From contig NC_043010.1 of NCBI RefSeq assembly GCF_006345805.1, forward strand, positions 30,628,001-30,692,000: a stretch of 64,000 nt of DNA, in the 5' to 3' direction. This document shows positions 39,448 to 52,896 of this stretch, piece by piece (the stretch's first letter is position 1; the number at the start of each line of letters is the position of its first letter). The translations under genes were made by a program, and so were the position numbers. Under the pieces are notes generated by a model. That model saw only the letters and a list, made by a program, of their open reading frames with translations, did not search any database and was not told the origin of the DNA. Origin of the DNA: Octopus sinensis. Its lineage: Eukaryota.

Positions 39448-39609
39448 ACTGTATCACCTTGAAAGGGGTGTGGTTAATGAAATCTATTATTGTCTTCACA
39501 TTCCTGGCTATTGCATGGAGTTTGTGTTCATTCTTCCTGGACCTTCTTGGGCCAACACAAAGGGGTCTAAAGCTTATCCACAGAAATGCTATATCCAGCA
39601 TCACAACAG
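39448..39609 (+). CDS. TMEM127: TMEM127 exon 2
   Basis: The acceptor TAG ends at 39447 (phase 1). The exon reads (D)CITLKGVWLMKSIIVFTFLAIAWSLCSFFLDLLGPTQRGLKLIHRNAISSITT, aligning to the recalled human [45 protein letters not shown]. Donor G|GTATGT is at 39610. Confidence 0.92.
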
Positions 39610-41638
39610 GTATGTGTTTTTACTCCACTCTTTTACTGATTCTTTTTGTGTGTGTGGCTTTGATTTTACTTACATTGTTGTTGCTTTTGGAATATGCATA
39701 AACCTCACAGCTCACCAGTTTTCTTTTACCTACAAAAGAATCATAATCATATGTACACACAAACAGATGGAATACACAATTCATTTTATAGAATGTACCT
39801 TTATAATCAACATCATATCATCACTTAACATCTATCCTCCTCCATGCTGGTATGGGTTGAACAGTTTGACAGGATCCATTCAGTTTGAGGATTGCATCAT
39901 ATTTCTGTGTCTGCTTTAACATATTTTCTATGGCTGGAAGCCCTTCCTAATGCCAACTGCTTTACGGTGTGTCCTGAGTGCTTTATTTATAGCACCAGCA
40001 CAAATGAGGTCACCTTGCAGTTTGCAAGACTAAGATTTCTTTTTGACTGAGTGGGCTACTGTAGAGAGGGAAGTGGATTTATGCTAGGAGATGAGGTTTT
40101 GTAGTATAAGAAAAGGGGCCAGAACAGGTTACTTGCTACAGAAAAGTTACATGGCTTCTCACTTTATAGAAGAGAAGGTGGAGTAACTAGAATGGAGCTG
40201 GAATGAGACAAAGATAGTGGTGATATGTCAGGGTGGACCCTAAGGCAAGAGGTGAGTAGAAGTGAGTGGAGACAGAAATGTGTAAGAGAGAGAGAGTGAG
40301 AGAATGTGTGTATAGTCTCCACTTGAGACCAAGCCAAAAGCCTGCTTGAAGTCTGACTTCTTAGCAACACAAAATTCATAGATATGGCTATATACGTTGG
40401 TGGGTAGAGGTTGCTAGAATGTATGGGGTGAGTGAGACAGAGATTGAGAAAGGGGAAGAGAGATATATCAGACTGTCATTTCACTCTGTACAAAGAATGA
40501 ATACCCAGAACAATGTGCTACTTTCGGCAATATGCAGACAAAACTAGTTTTGATCTAACAAAAGACTTTTCCAAACTGCTCACCTGAAGAAACACATTTT
40601 ACACCTTTGATGGATGGTGGTGGTTATGCAGTATGTTAATTATATCATCTCACCAATATAATTTGGGTGTGATGATGCGTGGAAATGATTGTTGTGATAT
40701 GAAATAAAGGATGTCGTTCAATCCTTTTTTTTTTTTTTATTCTTCTCTTTATATATCATAGTTTTAACGTCCACTTTTCCATACTTGCATGGTGCAGATG
40801 AAATTTGTTGAGGCCAATTTTCTACAGCTAGATACTCTTCTTATCACTAACCCTCAACTCTTTCCAAATAAGATAATAGTTTATCATAACCAGACATGCT
40901 TTTGCGGAAGACAGCAAAGATTGCTTCTATAACAGTGACACTTCTTTACCACTGTCACCCATTACATAATGTCGAAGCAAAGAAACAGTAGCAAACACAC
41001 AAATGACTAACATACATATATCCATGTATATACACTCATTTTTGCCAGCTGAGTGGACTGGAGCAACATGAAATGAAGTGTATTGATTAAGAACACTGCG
41101 CATTGCCCAGTTCAGGAATCGAAACCACAAGCTTACAATCACGAGTCCAACACCCTAACCACTAAGTCATTTGCCTCCTCACATACATACATACATTCAT
41201 TCATATACATAGTAACTTAAGTTTCCTCTAAAGATTATTCCAGTTATCTTCTATTGTGGCCCCAAATTGATAAAAGCCTTGACAGTGGGTTTGCTATACA
41301 AAATGTGCAGGCACCAATTATGTGTATGCTAATGTGTAAGTGGCTGAATATCCCTCAGTCACATGTATATTTGGCCTAATTTTCATTATTGTGACTAGTG
41401 TGTGATGTTTAAATTACAGGCAACAATCCAATATATTACAGTCTTATAAACTGAGTATTCCACAAATTCATATACCCTTTATATGATCTTCAGACAGAAT
41501 CAATGTAACTCTGTATGTGACAAGGTTGGAATCTTTATTGCCAGACACAGTTCGCTTCCACACAGTTTCCATCTACTCAATATCACTCACAATGATTTAG
41601 TCTCCTTACACATACAGATATGCTCACAAATTCACATA

Positions 41639-41880
41639 TCTATTATATAAAATCCGTTCTGTCTGTCTGTGTGTGTCTTCTAGGATCTCGGGCATCCTCC
41701 ATCCGATTGCGCTCAAATTTGATATGTAGATACCGACGGTATCAGGGCGTGTATAAGTCTTGAAAAAATTACAAAAATCAATTCCAGGTGAGAATGTGAT
41801 CAATAAAGCCATGGGAATGTGCATTTGTATGCGCAAGTACATCCGCTGTTGTGATCAATACTACGCATACGCGAGAAAAA
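41639..41880 (+). mobile_element. Possible Helitron-like 5' fragment (a similar TC-start element begins at ~54365)
   Basis: A|TCTATTATATAAAATCCG...CTGTCTGTCTGTGTG...ATCCGATTGCGCTCAAATTTGATATG. No 3' CTAG terminus was found. Confidence 0.4.
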
Positions 41881-43695
41881 TGCATGGTGTCTCAAATTTA
41901 GGTTAAATCAGTGTTTCTCAAAGGGGAGGCCTATTGGATGGTCGGACAAGTTGTTTTGAGAAAATTTGGTTTAAATGTTTGACAACTCAGCACTGTCCAT
42001 TGGACAGGGGGCGTTTTGCTCATACCTACATAAATATATATGAGGATACACAGATGCAAGCATGGCCGTGTGGTTAAGAGGCTCGCTTTGCAGCTAGAAA
42101 TTCAGTTCCACTGCATGGCACTTTGGGCAAGTGCCTTCTACTATAGCCCCAAGTCAACCAATGCCTCGTGGGTGAATATGGTAGATATAAATGTATATAT
42201 ATGTCTTTGTGTATATGTTTGTCACTTCTTCTCTCCACTGCTTGATAACCAGTTTGGTTTGTTAATGTCCCCTTGACTTGGTTTGGCAAAGACAATGATA
42301 GAATAAGTCACAGACTTTAAAAAAACATACTAGAGGACAATTTATTTGACTAAACCCCTCAAGGCAGTACTCCTGCATAGCTGTAGTCCAATGACTGAAA
42401 CAAGTAAAAGATAGAAATACATCATCATCATTTAACGTCCGCCTTCCATGCTGGCATGCACACATATTTACAGGTATGCAAATATACAGTCATACATACA
42501 TGTGCATGTAAATATACATACATGCAAACATACACACACATGTATGCATACTTTATAGCTCACATTGTCGTTTCAGTCAATTGTACATTATTCTATACAA
42601 ATATCTTAGCCTTTACCAAGTCAAAGTAGGCTGCTTGCTAAAATGAATCCATTAGTTTGTGTGTCAGGTTTCATAGGTTGGAGGTCAGGGTGGAAAGGTC
42701 ATCTGCACTCTCCACAGAAACCAACGAGAATGAAGACATTAGTCACCACTATTTAAAGGACGTATGTCCTATGAACCCTAACCTGCTTCCTTCAAGTATC
42801 TTTTTGAAGAGACAAATTATGATTGAACTCATTTACCTATAATTATTTATTGCAAGGTATGTGCGAGGTTCTGTTTCAGTGATTTTAATTGTGACTGTTG
42901 GTTCATTTCAGGTTAGTTGAACTTTTCCAAATTGTTTCCATTTATGTGTTCTGTCTAAAGTATTGCCACATGCTTGAAATTAAAAGCCCTCTTTGGGTTT
43001 TCACTTCGCAGCAAAACTAATATATAAAGCAAATCAAAAATAAAAGCAACAAAAAAATAAAAGGACATACACAGTGAATATATTAGGTTGACACTCAGTT
43101 TAAGATGGAAAAAAGAGGTGGGGTGTGATATTTTGAGCATGGCTGGTCATTGAAAAGAGAAAAGGTGTAGAGAGAAGGAAATGAATAATCCAAGAAAAGC
43201 ATGTGTGTGGTTATATGGCTGAAGTGACTGTGCTTATACTTCTTATTAACAATCAGTATATTGGTACTTCTGTAATTTAAACTTTTTAATACCAACCCAT
43301 TGAAGACCACCACTGAGTCTATGATACAGATTTTTTTTGGTTTTAAAGTGATCGAAATTAAATCTTTCCATTAAAGTGCCATGATGATTTATGTTCCGAA
43401 CACCAACTTTAATAGTGACAAAGTTCTTTAACAAACTTCATTATTTTCAAAATTAATTGAAACAAAGATATTGTATTTAACAAAAATATATTAACAAAAG
43501 GGTTAATAACAGCCCATTTCAATGCTATTTCAGTGTTTAGTTAAGCAAATATTAAAGTACTCATCTCAAATATATATACATTGATGGTACTTTAATTATT
43601 AACTCATCTCAAATATATTAACCAATTATTTTGTTGATGTCTTTGTCTTATTTCTCTCTTTAATTATTTCTTTTGTTTTTCCTGTTTCATTTCAG

Positions 43696-44021
43696 TAATT
43701 ATCTGTGTCCTAATTAATGGGCTTTGCTATCTGTTGACGATTGAAGTAAAAGATTTACAGTTGAACACCAAGCCATATCCAGGCAACCGTGTCTCTGTGA
43801 CTTTCTCCGTTTCCTTCTACCTGATTGCGACAGCCGGTGGCCTGGCCGTACTTGGCACAGCTTGTAACTGTCTCCGTCATTATCCAGTACGTGTCACGTC
43901 TGACCCAGAACCATTACTTGATGACTATGACCGATTGGAGCAGGTGTTTTACCCACCTGGGCCACTACCAGAGATTGCCTCTATGACCCCTATGGTCCCA
44001 CCACCTGCCTATAGTCCCTAA
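43696..44021 (+). CDS. TMEM127: TMEM127 exon 3 (terminal) with C-terminal PPAY motif
   Basis: The acceptor TTTCAG ends at 43695 (phase 1). The exon reads VIICVLINGLCY...VSVTFSVSFYLIATAGGLAVLGTACNCLRHYP...PPPAYSP*, matching the recalled TMEM127 [30 protein letters not shown]...PPPAYTP. The three exons total 1824 nt, i.e. 607 aa plus stop. Confidence 0.93.
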
Positions 44022-45469
44022 CTTATTTTTTATGTAACACAATTGTTTTTCCCTTCCCCAATTTTATTTTTTAGACATTTCTTTTTGTTTTTGTTTCTAT
44101 GCCCCCTTGCCCCATTTCCCCATTCTCAAATCCTTCTGCAGAAATGAAGCTTGTCTGATGTGCTGCCTACCTGTGAAGTTTGCATGTATTGAACATCTGG
44201 AGGACATTCAAACAGATGTGCAAACATCTGTTGTTGAAGTGTCTGGAGAACCCCAAAGGAGCCGAAAATCTTTTTATCTCATTCTTCTACTAATTATTTT
44301 GTAAAAAAAAATTTCATGATTTTTTCTTTTTCATTTTTTTTTTTTTGTTGAGTTGTTCAATTCTCCCCTTCTGGATATTTAAAAACATTTTATAAGTGTT
44401 TGTTGACTACAAACAGATGGCATTATAATTAGTGTTGTTGTTTGACACCTGATCAGCACTGACAGGAAGGTCTTACGATCAGAGACGTTCCAACCAGGAC
44501 CATCCCAACTTTTTAGAGCTATTCTTGCAGGACTACAATATCCAAAATGTCTGTCCTTCTTTTTTCAGATGGTAGTATGTGATTTGAAGAAAATTTGGCT
44601 TCTATATCTAGCAGGTCAAAAGACAATTACAGGCACATATTTTTATTGGCTCATTTAATATCAGTGTTAGTCAAACTTCAAGAGCTTTGGCACTGCATCC
44701 TTGGACAAGATACACCACTCCACCTCAGTTGCAGTATATAAAAAAAATTAACTGAGAAAAAATTTGATCATGCTGTCTTGATAATTCTGCCGTCAATGTC
44801 TTTACTATATGAATATGTGTATATCTGCATTTGATGTGTGTGTGTGTGAATGTATATGAATATATAATATACACAGATATGTGTGTGTGTATATGTATAA
44901 TGCATGTATAAGATGAATATATGTGTGATGCATGTATATGTATCTCTGTCTTTATATACACATGTGTGTTTGTAAATGTGTATATATGTATGTGTAACAT
45001 ATGTGTGTGTTCATATATATTATATATATATATATATATAAAATGACTGTACCTATATTATTTAAGAAGCAACACTTGTTAAATGTATGAAATTTCCTTG
45101 AAAAGTTAATCTGTACAGCCATTGTTGGGAGAAATGCCTCACTTGTCCAAAAGTTGATACCACTGACATATGTGTGTGTGTGTATATATAAATGTTAATT
45201 TCTACAAGAAAAGCTTGACATTGACTTCAAAGTTTTGGTTTACTAGCCATCATAAGACTATTACAATCTGATGAAAAATAGTAACATGAGACTTCAGTTA
45301 CTAATCAACCTTTCTTTTGTAAAAAGTAAATTTGTTCTACAATTTTGTTTTATATAACTTTTCATAAAAACAAACATTAATATATGTATAAAGATATATG
45401 CACACACACACATATGTCTATGTGTATGTGTGTGTGTATATATATATATAAATCTTTAAAAGTGTATCA

Positions 45470-45765
45470 GCCCAAAAGCTGCGGCCATGCTGGGGCACCA
45501 CCATTGAATGAGCTACACTAGTATGTGAAACCACCTCTAATATGTGGCACTTGGTCAACAAGGGAGTTCGACACCACTGCCCACATCTGTGTTTCCTGCC
45601 AAGTGGTAGGTTCATCTGGAACCCCTGACAAGAAGAGATCCAGTTTAGTTTTGAAGAAACCCACATCCACAGGAAGGATATTGAAGAGCTGTGGTACCCT
45701 GAAACCCAAGCTGTTGCAGTATCTGGCCCTGTATTTTGATGGTGATGTTGGGATCTTTGGCACCA
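45470..45765 (-). mobile_element. 3' end fragment of the same CR1 LINE family
   Basis: YRARYCNSLGFRVPQLFNILP...FKTKLDLFLSGVPDEPT, homologous to 50800-51060. Confidence 0.82.
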
Positions 45766-47614
45766 TATATATATATAATTCTTTTTTGGTGGATCTTGAA
45801 GCACATAAGGCTATAAATAATAGCTTAAAGATGTTGGGTTGAAAACCTTTTTACATAGAAAATGTTGAAAGCTTCCCATGAGTATCTTCAACTCTTGTCT
45901 TAAGCTAACCAATGCCTTGTAAATGAAATTACCAGTTGGAAAATGTATTGTGTGTATCTAGGTATTGTCTTCATGTTTTGTTTTCTGCATAAAAAAGATA
46001 CCATTGTCTATGTGTTGGTTTCTTTGTTTATAGTCTTCTGTAAAAAAATATATCTGGCCATTGAGCTGTTCATTATTTGAGAATCAGGGATAGATAGTAC
46101 CCTGAAAGTGGAGGTTGGCAACAGGAAGAGCATCTAGCTATTCAAAAACCACCTGAATAAGTTTTGTTTAATACATGGCAGCATGGAAAAGTGAACATTA
46201 AAATGACCATACGCATGTATGTAACTGTTTCTTTGTGTGTATATATGTGTGTAGCCATATTAGAATGAAGATGCAAGTCATCAGTTTGGATCTTGCTGTT
46301 CATTTGACAATTTTTTAAATCAGTTGACAGGTATGTGTATTGGATCAGAGAACAATTTGTTCGCTAATATTTCAAACAAGACCACTGACAATTGTTAGAT
46401 TCATTGGTTCAGAGAAACTTCTGGATGATGAGATAGCTACATTGAAACGCTGGTGTCCCAGAATTCCTTGTACTAATGAATTGTAAAGCAGAAGCTGTTC
46501 ATATGTGACAAACAGTGACTAGCGTATTTATGTTAAGCTCTGCCAGAATGTATTAATAAATATGCAAGTCATCATATATTTATGTATGTATAACATATAT
46601 ATATGCATGTGGCTATGACTATGATGGTGAAAACAAATAAGAAACTAAAAACTATATATATGTGAAAGCGCATGGCCCAGTGGTTAGTGCGTTGAACTTA
46701 CAATCATGAGGTTGTGAGTTCGATTCCTGGACTGGGCTGCGTGTTGTGTTCTTGAGCTGGACAATTTATTTCATGTTGCTCCAGTAAACTCAGCTGTAGA
46801 AACAAGTTGCAACATCACTGGTGCCAAGCTGTATCGGTCTTTGCCTTTCCCTTGAATAACATCAGTGGTGTGGAGAGGGGAGGCAGGTATGCATGGGCCT
46901 TCCACAAACCACCTTGCCTGGGAGGGTAACTTTCTAGGTGCAATCCTATGGTCATTTATATATATATATATATGTATGGCTAAGATGAAGGTCTAATATC
47001 TACTCTTATCAGTTTAATATATATATATATATATATATATTATAACTGCCTGCACAAGCATATGAATTTTATATATACATGTACGAGTATACATACATAA
47101 TGTAGTTGTGTATATATGTGTGTGTGTGTTTGTACATAATGTAATTAGGTAGATATATGTCTAATGCAATTGTGTACATAGAATGTTATGTAATTCTGTG
47201 TATGTGTGGATCATGAGATTGCGGAAATAGTGTGTGCAATTGGTGGAATGGTATATTTTTTCATGTACTTATATCTACAGGTGAGAGTATTTTGTAATTA
47301 TATATGTATATATATATATGTATGTACACATACACACTTGTGTTTATGCAATTATTCATGATTACTGTATGTATATCAGAAGAAAAAATCTGATGCAGGA
47401 GCAAACCAAAGACTGAAAACAAGTGACTTATATAAAATATGTATGTACAACAATTCAGTAAATAAAATTCAAACAATTGTAGATATTTTTCTCACTTCTC
47501 AATGATGGATGTTAATTTTACTTTTTCATTGTATTTAGATATATATATATATATGTGTGCGTGTATACGCATTTATATGTGTCATCTAATCTATCTATCT
47601 ATATATATATATAT

Positions 47615-47910
47615 CATCATCATCATCATCATCATTTAGCGTCCGCTTTCCATGCTAGCATGGGTTGGACGGTTCAACTGGGGTCTGTGAAGTCAGAACG
47701 CTGCATCAGGTCCAGTCTGATCTGGCAGTGTTTCTACGGCTGGATGCCCTTCCTAACGTCAACCACTCCGTGAGTGTAGTGGGTGCTTTTTACGTGCCAC
47801 CCGCACATGTGCCAGACGGAGCTGGCAAACGGCCACGGACGGATGGCGCTTTTTACGTGCCACCGGCACGGGGGCCAGGCGAGGCTGGCAACGACCACGA
47901 TCGGATGGTG
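47615..47910 (-). mobile_element. RTE-derived 3' tail element (similar copies at ~52905-53213 -, ~39820-40010 -, ~40740-40900 -)
   Basis: (CAT)n followed by TTTAGCGTCCGCTTTCCATGCTAGCATGGGTTGGACGG...GGATGCCCTTCCTAACG, the reverse complement of the RTE tail at 27950-28065. Confidence 0.75.
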
Positions 47911-49385
47911 CTGAGAATGTCTGACTGTATGTGTGCATCACTAAAACTTGAGAACTACCTGTCCAATTTCATTCAAATTTTACACATGCCTTACTTAGGG
48001 ACCATGCAGTGTCATGGGCACAAAAATTTTCGACTTCTTGCTTAATGTGAGCCCGGAACAATCTCTTATCTCTTACACTGTTTCTGTATTACATGTCAAA
48101 AGTGAAACAATAACATCTCTGTTAATACTTTCACTATTTTATGGTTTCTATTTCAGTTACTTTCATATGCATATAAATTTGACATGGGCGATTCTTTCTT
48201 GTTTTGGGATTTACGGGCAAACGGCTGGGTGGAATTACGTGAAAAATTACACACGTATAGAATGATCCAGGGGTGTTGCTGGTCTTTGTATTTTTTCATA
48301 GCTCCTATGGTTACCCTGATAATCTACTATAATAATACCCTTGTGTTTGTGAATGAGAAAGAGTTAGGGTTAGGTGATGTCTTACTCGGTAGTGGGATGA
48401 TGGAAATTGTATGCTGAAAATATAAATCAAACAGCATTTCAACTCTATGAATATATGTATGTGTTTATGTAAAAGGTGGGTATGTGTGCATGTGCATGCG
48501 CAATGGAAGTGGGATGGTTCATCTTTGTTCGCTTTGTATTTGTGTTTATTTAATTTTTGATTTTGTTGAATCTTGGGCTTTTTTTTTTTTTTGGAGGGTT
48601 CAGTTATTTTTAGCGTTTTGACAGAAAAATGTCACCCTAAAATTGTTTTTTAACATAAGAGTGCCCAGGCGAGTTGAATGCTTACACAAAGCAGGTTTTA
48701 CAGCCACATCATCCAAACCAACCAAGTGAAACTGGGTATAGCTGCTAGTGTATCTATATATATTAGTTTCATTTCTATTACTTTCAATATGTATTTATGT
48801 ACATATTTGTATATGTATGTATGTATATATATTTAAGAGATGAGGAATTATGTACATTATTTACATTTGGCAGATATTTGTCCTCATCTTGTTTGTTGTT
48901 AACACAACGTCTCGGTTGATCAGGTGTCTTGGGGGAATTTCGAACCTGAGTTCTCATTCCTAAGGTATTTTTCAATATTATTATTATTATTATTCAGGTC
49001 ACTGCCTGGAATTGAACTCGAAATCTTGGGATTAGTAGACAGTGCTCTTAACCACTACACCCTATGCCCCTGGGCATGTGTATATATATATATATATATA
49101 TAAAGGTGGTACTCCAGCATGGCCGCTGCCAAATGACTGAAACAAGTATGTATATATATATATATATGTATATGAATATATGTATATATATATATGTAGG
49201 TATGTACACATATGTATACGCATATATATGTATATATATATGTATACATATATGTGTATATATATATATGTATGTATATATGCATGTATGTATATGTGTA
49301 CATACCTATGTATATGTATATATTTGCATATGGATGTATGTATTTATATGTATATATATATACATATGTATATATATATATTATA

Positions 49386-49773
49386 CTAGCAGTATCGCCT
49401 GGCGTTGCTCGGGTTTGTTTCGACCCGCTGGAATTGGAATTTTTGAAAAGTAAAAATTTTGCATTATGTTGCTTGTTATTTTCTTCAAGTGAACATTTTT
49501 CTGGTTGAAATACACCGAAAAGTGGCGACACAGCAGTGAAAAAATCGTAAAAAATAGGGATTTTCATAGAAAAAAGCACCTTTTTGATGTAAATAATTTT
49601 TGGTGTTAACATGGTCCGATTTGAATTTTATCTTCTACGGAAGGAAGAGCAACCCTTCTATCATACACTCAATTTTGGTCAACTTGTGCCGCAGGATCTC
49701 GGAGGAGATAGTGTTAGTTGAAGGCTACCAAACCTGGCGCACACAGACAACTTCAGCTTTATATATAGAGAGA
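49386..49773 (-). mobile_element. Non-autonomous Helitron-like element
   Basis: On the minus strand it starts A|TC(TCTCTATATATAAAG...) and ends with the hairpin CCCGAGCAACGCCAGG followed by CTAG|T. There is no TSD. Confidence 0.7.
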
Positions 49774-50489
49774 TAACACATACACATTAATACACATACA
49801 TACACACACACACACATTTATGTATGTATGTATATCTGTACATCTGACCACTTCTTGCCATATTTTTATCCTTCACTTCCTACACACGCACGCACACACA
49901 CCTTAGCTTACAATTTTCTTTCAACAATTGACGCTGTCATATATGTATCTGTTTGCGTGTCTATGTATGTAAAGAGAAAGTGGGAGTAAGTGTGGTAATA
50001 GGCGGAGTAAAGCCTTTGAAGTGAGAGAGGTAAATCGTAAAATAGTGAGTTTTCTCGAATTTTTGCTTAATTGGGGGTGAAATTGAAAGAAAATTATATG
50101 CCATGACCGAATGGAATGTACTTGGAAAAATCATAGGTAAACTCCAATTGAAGAAATTGTGTGAGGAGTAAATCGTTGTGTATTTATTTGTTTCTGTTTG
50201 CTCTGTATTTTTTTTGAGTAGTGGTTTAAGGTACACTTGCAAAGAGAAAGTAGGAGAAATTATGGTAATAGCATGAGTGAAGCAGTTGAAATTAGAGAGG
50301 CAAATCGTAAAATATTTACTTTCCCGAATTTTTGCTTAATTGGGGGTAAAATTGAAAGAACTTTATATGCCATGACCCAATCGAATCTACTTGTAAAAAT
50401 CGTAGGTAAATTCCAATTGAAGAAATTCTATATTGTATTAAAAAGGAACATGGGAACAGGCAGAGAAAATCTGCCTTTTATCATAAGAG

Positions 50490-50528
<39 letters not shown>

Positions 50529-50789
50529 TATTTGTATATATATATATATACATAATGTGTATATGAACATATGTATGTATATATATATATATTATATGTA
50601 TATATATCTATATATGTATATATATATATAAATGTGTATATATATATATGTATATATATAAATGTATATATATATTATATGTATATATATGTATACTTTT
50701 TTGAATAATTAAAAAAAAAAATTTATATATATATTAAATTTCAGCTCAGAGGTGCGGCCGTGCTGATGCACCGCCGTTTTGCGCTACAC

Positions 50790-51995
50790 TGTCATTACTG
50801 AGAGCCTTCTTCAATATGTGGTACTTGGTGAAGAATAGAGTTTGATATAGCTACCCTCATTTGCACCTCTTGCTTTGATGTAAGTTCATCTGGGACTCTC
50901 GACAGGATGAGGTCCAGCTTTGATTTAAAAACTCCTATATCTACTTTGTGCAGGTTTCTCAGGCTCTTTGGGGGAATATTAAAAAGCTGAGCCCTTGAAA
51001 CCCAGGCTGTTGCAGTAAATGGTCCTGAAGACCGTTGGCGTTGCTGGGATCTTTGGCACCATCGTTCTGGCATTGGTGTAGCTTTCAATGCCAAAATTTG
51101 GCACAATACCTTCCAGGATCTTCCAGATGTATATTACTGCATACCCCTCCCACCTTCTCTCCAGGGAGTTGAGTCTTAGCTGTTTCAGCTTTTCCCAGTA
51201 GCTGAGCAGTTGCAAAGGGACGATCTTCTTTGTGAATCTTCTCTGGATTGCTTCAAGGTCCGCTGTTAATTTCACACTGTTGGGTGACCATAGCTGTGAG
51301 CAGTAATCCAGGCGGCTGAGGACGAATATCCTCCAGAGGACCATCATGCTTTCCTTATCTCTGGTTCTGAATGTTCTCAGGATCCATCCAGCCAGTCGTC
51401 TGCACTTTGTCGCCATCCTAGTAATGTGCACTTGGAAAGAGGTATCATCACTCATATCAATACCCAGGTCCCTCACTGATTTAGGCTCTGGGATTGAAAT
51501 TCCCTGTGGACCAGTGTACCCTGTAAGTTTTATAGTCAGTTTTGGACGCTGGTAGCGCAGGGCTTTGAATTAAACTTCATATTATTATCCTCAGCCCATC
51601 TGTAAATTGAGTCCAACCCCTGCTGCAGATGTGCAACATCGCTGGGGTTCGGTATTTTCTGCGAGACTTTCGTATCGTCTGCATAGCTCGCCAGAGTGGC
51701 TATCTGGGTTCTTGAGGGCACTATAAAAAGCAGTGGTCCCAAGACAGTGCCTTGTGGAACACTGCTCACTATTTGTGTTTTCATAGAGGTGGCTCCATTA
51801 GCCACTACTGCCTGACTTCTATCTTTCAGAAAGTCGTGTAACCACTCTCTAAGTTTTCCAGCTATGCCGAGATCACGCAGTTTGTGGCATATCATACCAT
51901 GATCCACCTTGTCAAAAGCTTTTGCAAAATCAAGATATATTACGTCCACATTTGAGTTGTTGAGTAACTGCCTCAACACCCAGTCATAATGTTGT
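50790..51995 (-). mobile_element. CR1-clade LINE, RT and 3' end
   Basis: VDVIYLDFAKAFDKVDHG, VPQGTVLGPLLF, YADDTK, RDLGI, SRLDYCSQLWSP and LEAIQRRFTK; frameshifted. Confidence 0.93.
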
Positions 51996-52817
51996 AAGTG
52001 CTGTCATTTATGTATTTATATATATATGTGTGTGCGTGTATGTATAAGTATGTATTTGTTTATGTGTGTGTGTATATATATATATATAGATAGATAGATA
52101 TAGATATATGTATAAATATATATATGCGTGGATATATTTTTGTATAAATTTATATATTTATACGTATATATACGTATATATATATATATATATATATATA
52201 TGTAATACTAATAAAAGTGTTCAGCAAAGATTTGCTTCACCACACACCGAAGTTAAGAAATAGCAGCCAAAAATCTTAGCTATTTCTTCTGCTTTAAAAA
52301 GGGTCTTCCAGAGAAACCAAAATACTTGAAGGTTATTCACACAGGCAGAGAATAAAGCAACGAAAATCAATCAATATCTGGTCGTCCATGGACGCGCGTT
52401 TCTGAATTAGCTTTTTCATAAAGAATATAAAAAAATATACTTTACTAACAATATTCTTCGTCATCATGGTTTTCCACGATAATTCGAAGGTACTAGAATA
52501 GTTGAACGAATCTTTCCACCTAACGGCATTAGACCGCTCATGTTCAATGTTAGCACCGCCAAATTCAAAATATGAATGAGGTTCGCTCAGCATCCCCCGC
52601 CCTTCCACGTGTGTCTTCAAGTAAACTACTACAGAAAAAAATCTGCACTTTGTTCTCAGGGAGAAAATTCTGTTATCAATAATAATTAATTAATTAAGAA
52701 GTAATCAATAATTTCACCAAGTAGAATTCGGTATGAAAAAAGGACCGTTTCACGGCAAACTTAAGTAATACTAATAAAAGGGTTCAGCAAAGATTTGCTT
52801 CACCACGCACCCTTTGT

Positions 52818-52896
<79 letters not shown>

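Noticed and set aside
39395-39919. 174-aa ORF overlapping TMEM127 exon 2
   Set aside because: It is in the wrong frame; the TMEM127-like reading is the +39459 frame bounded by canonical splice sites.
48870-48935. Second hammerhead-like remnant on the minus strand (CCTGAT...CCGAGACG)
   Set aside because: CUGANGA is incomplete, stem II is deleted, and GAAA is mutated to GAGA. At most it is a dead Penelope-type terminal repeat.
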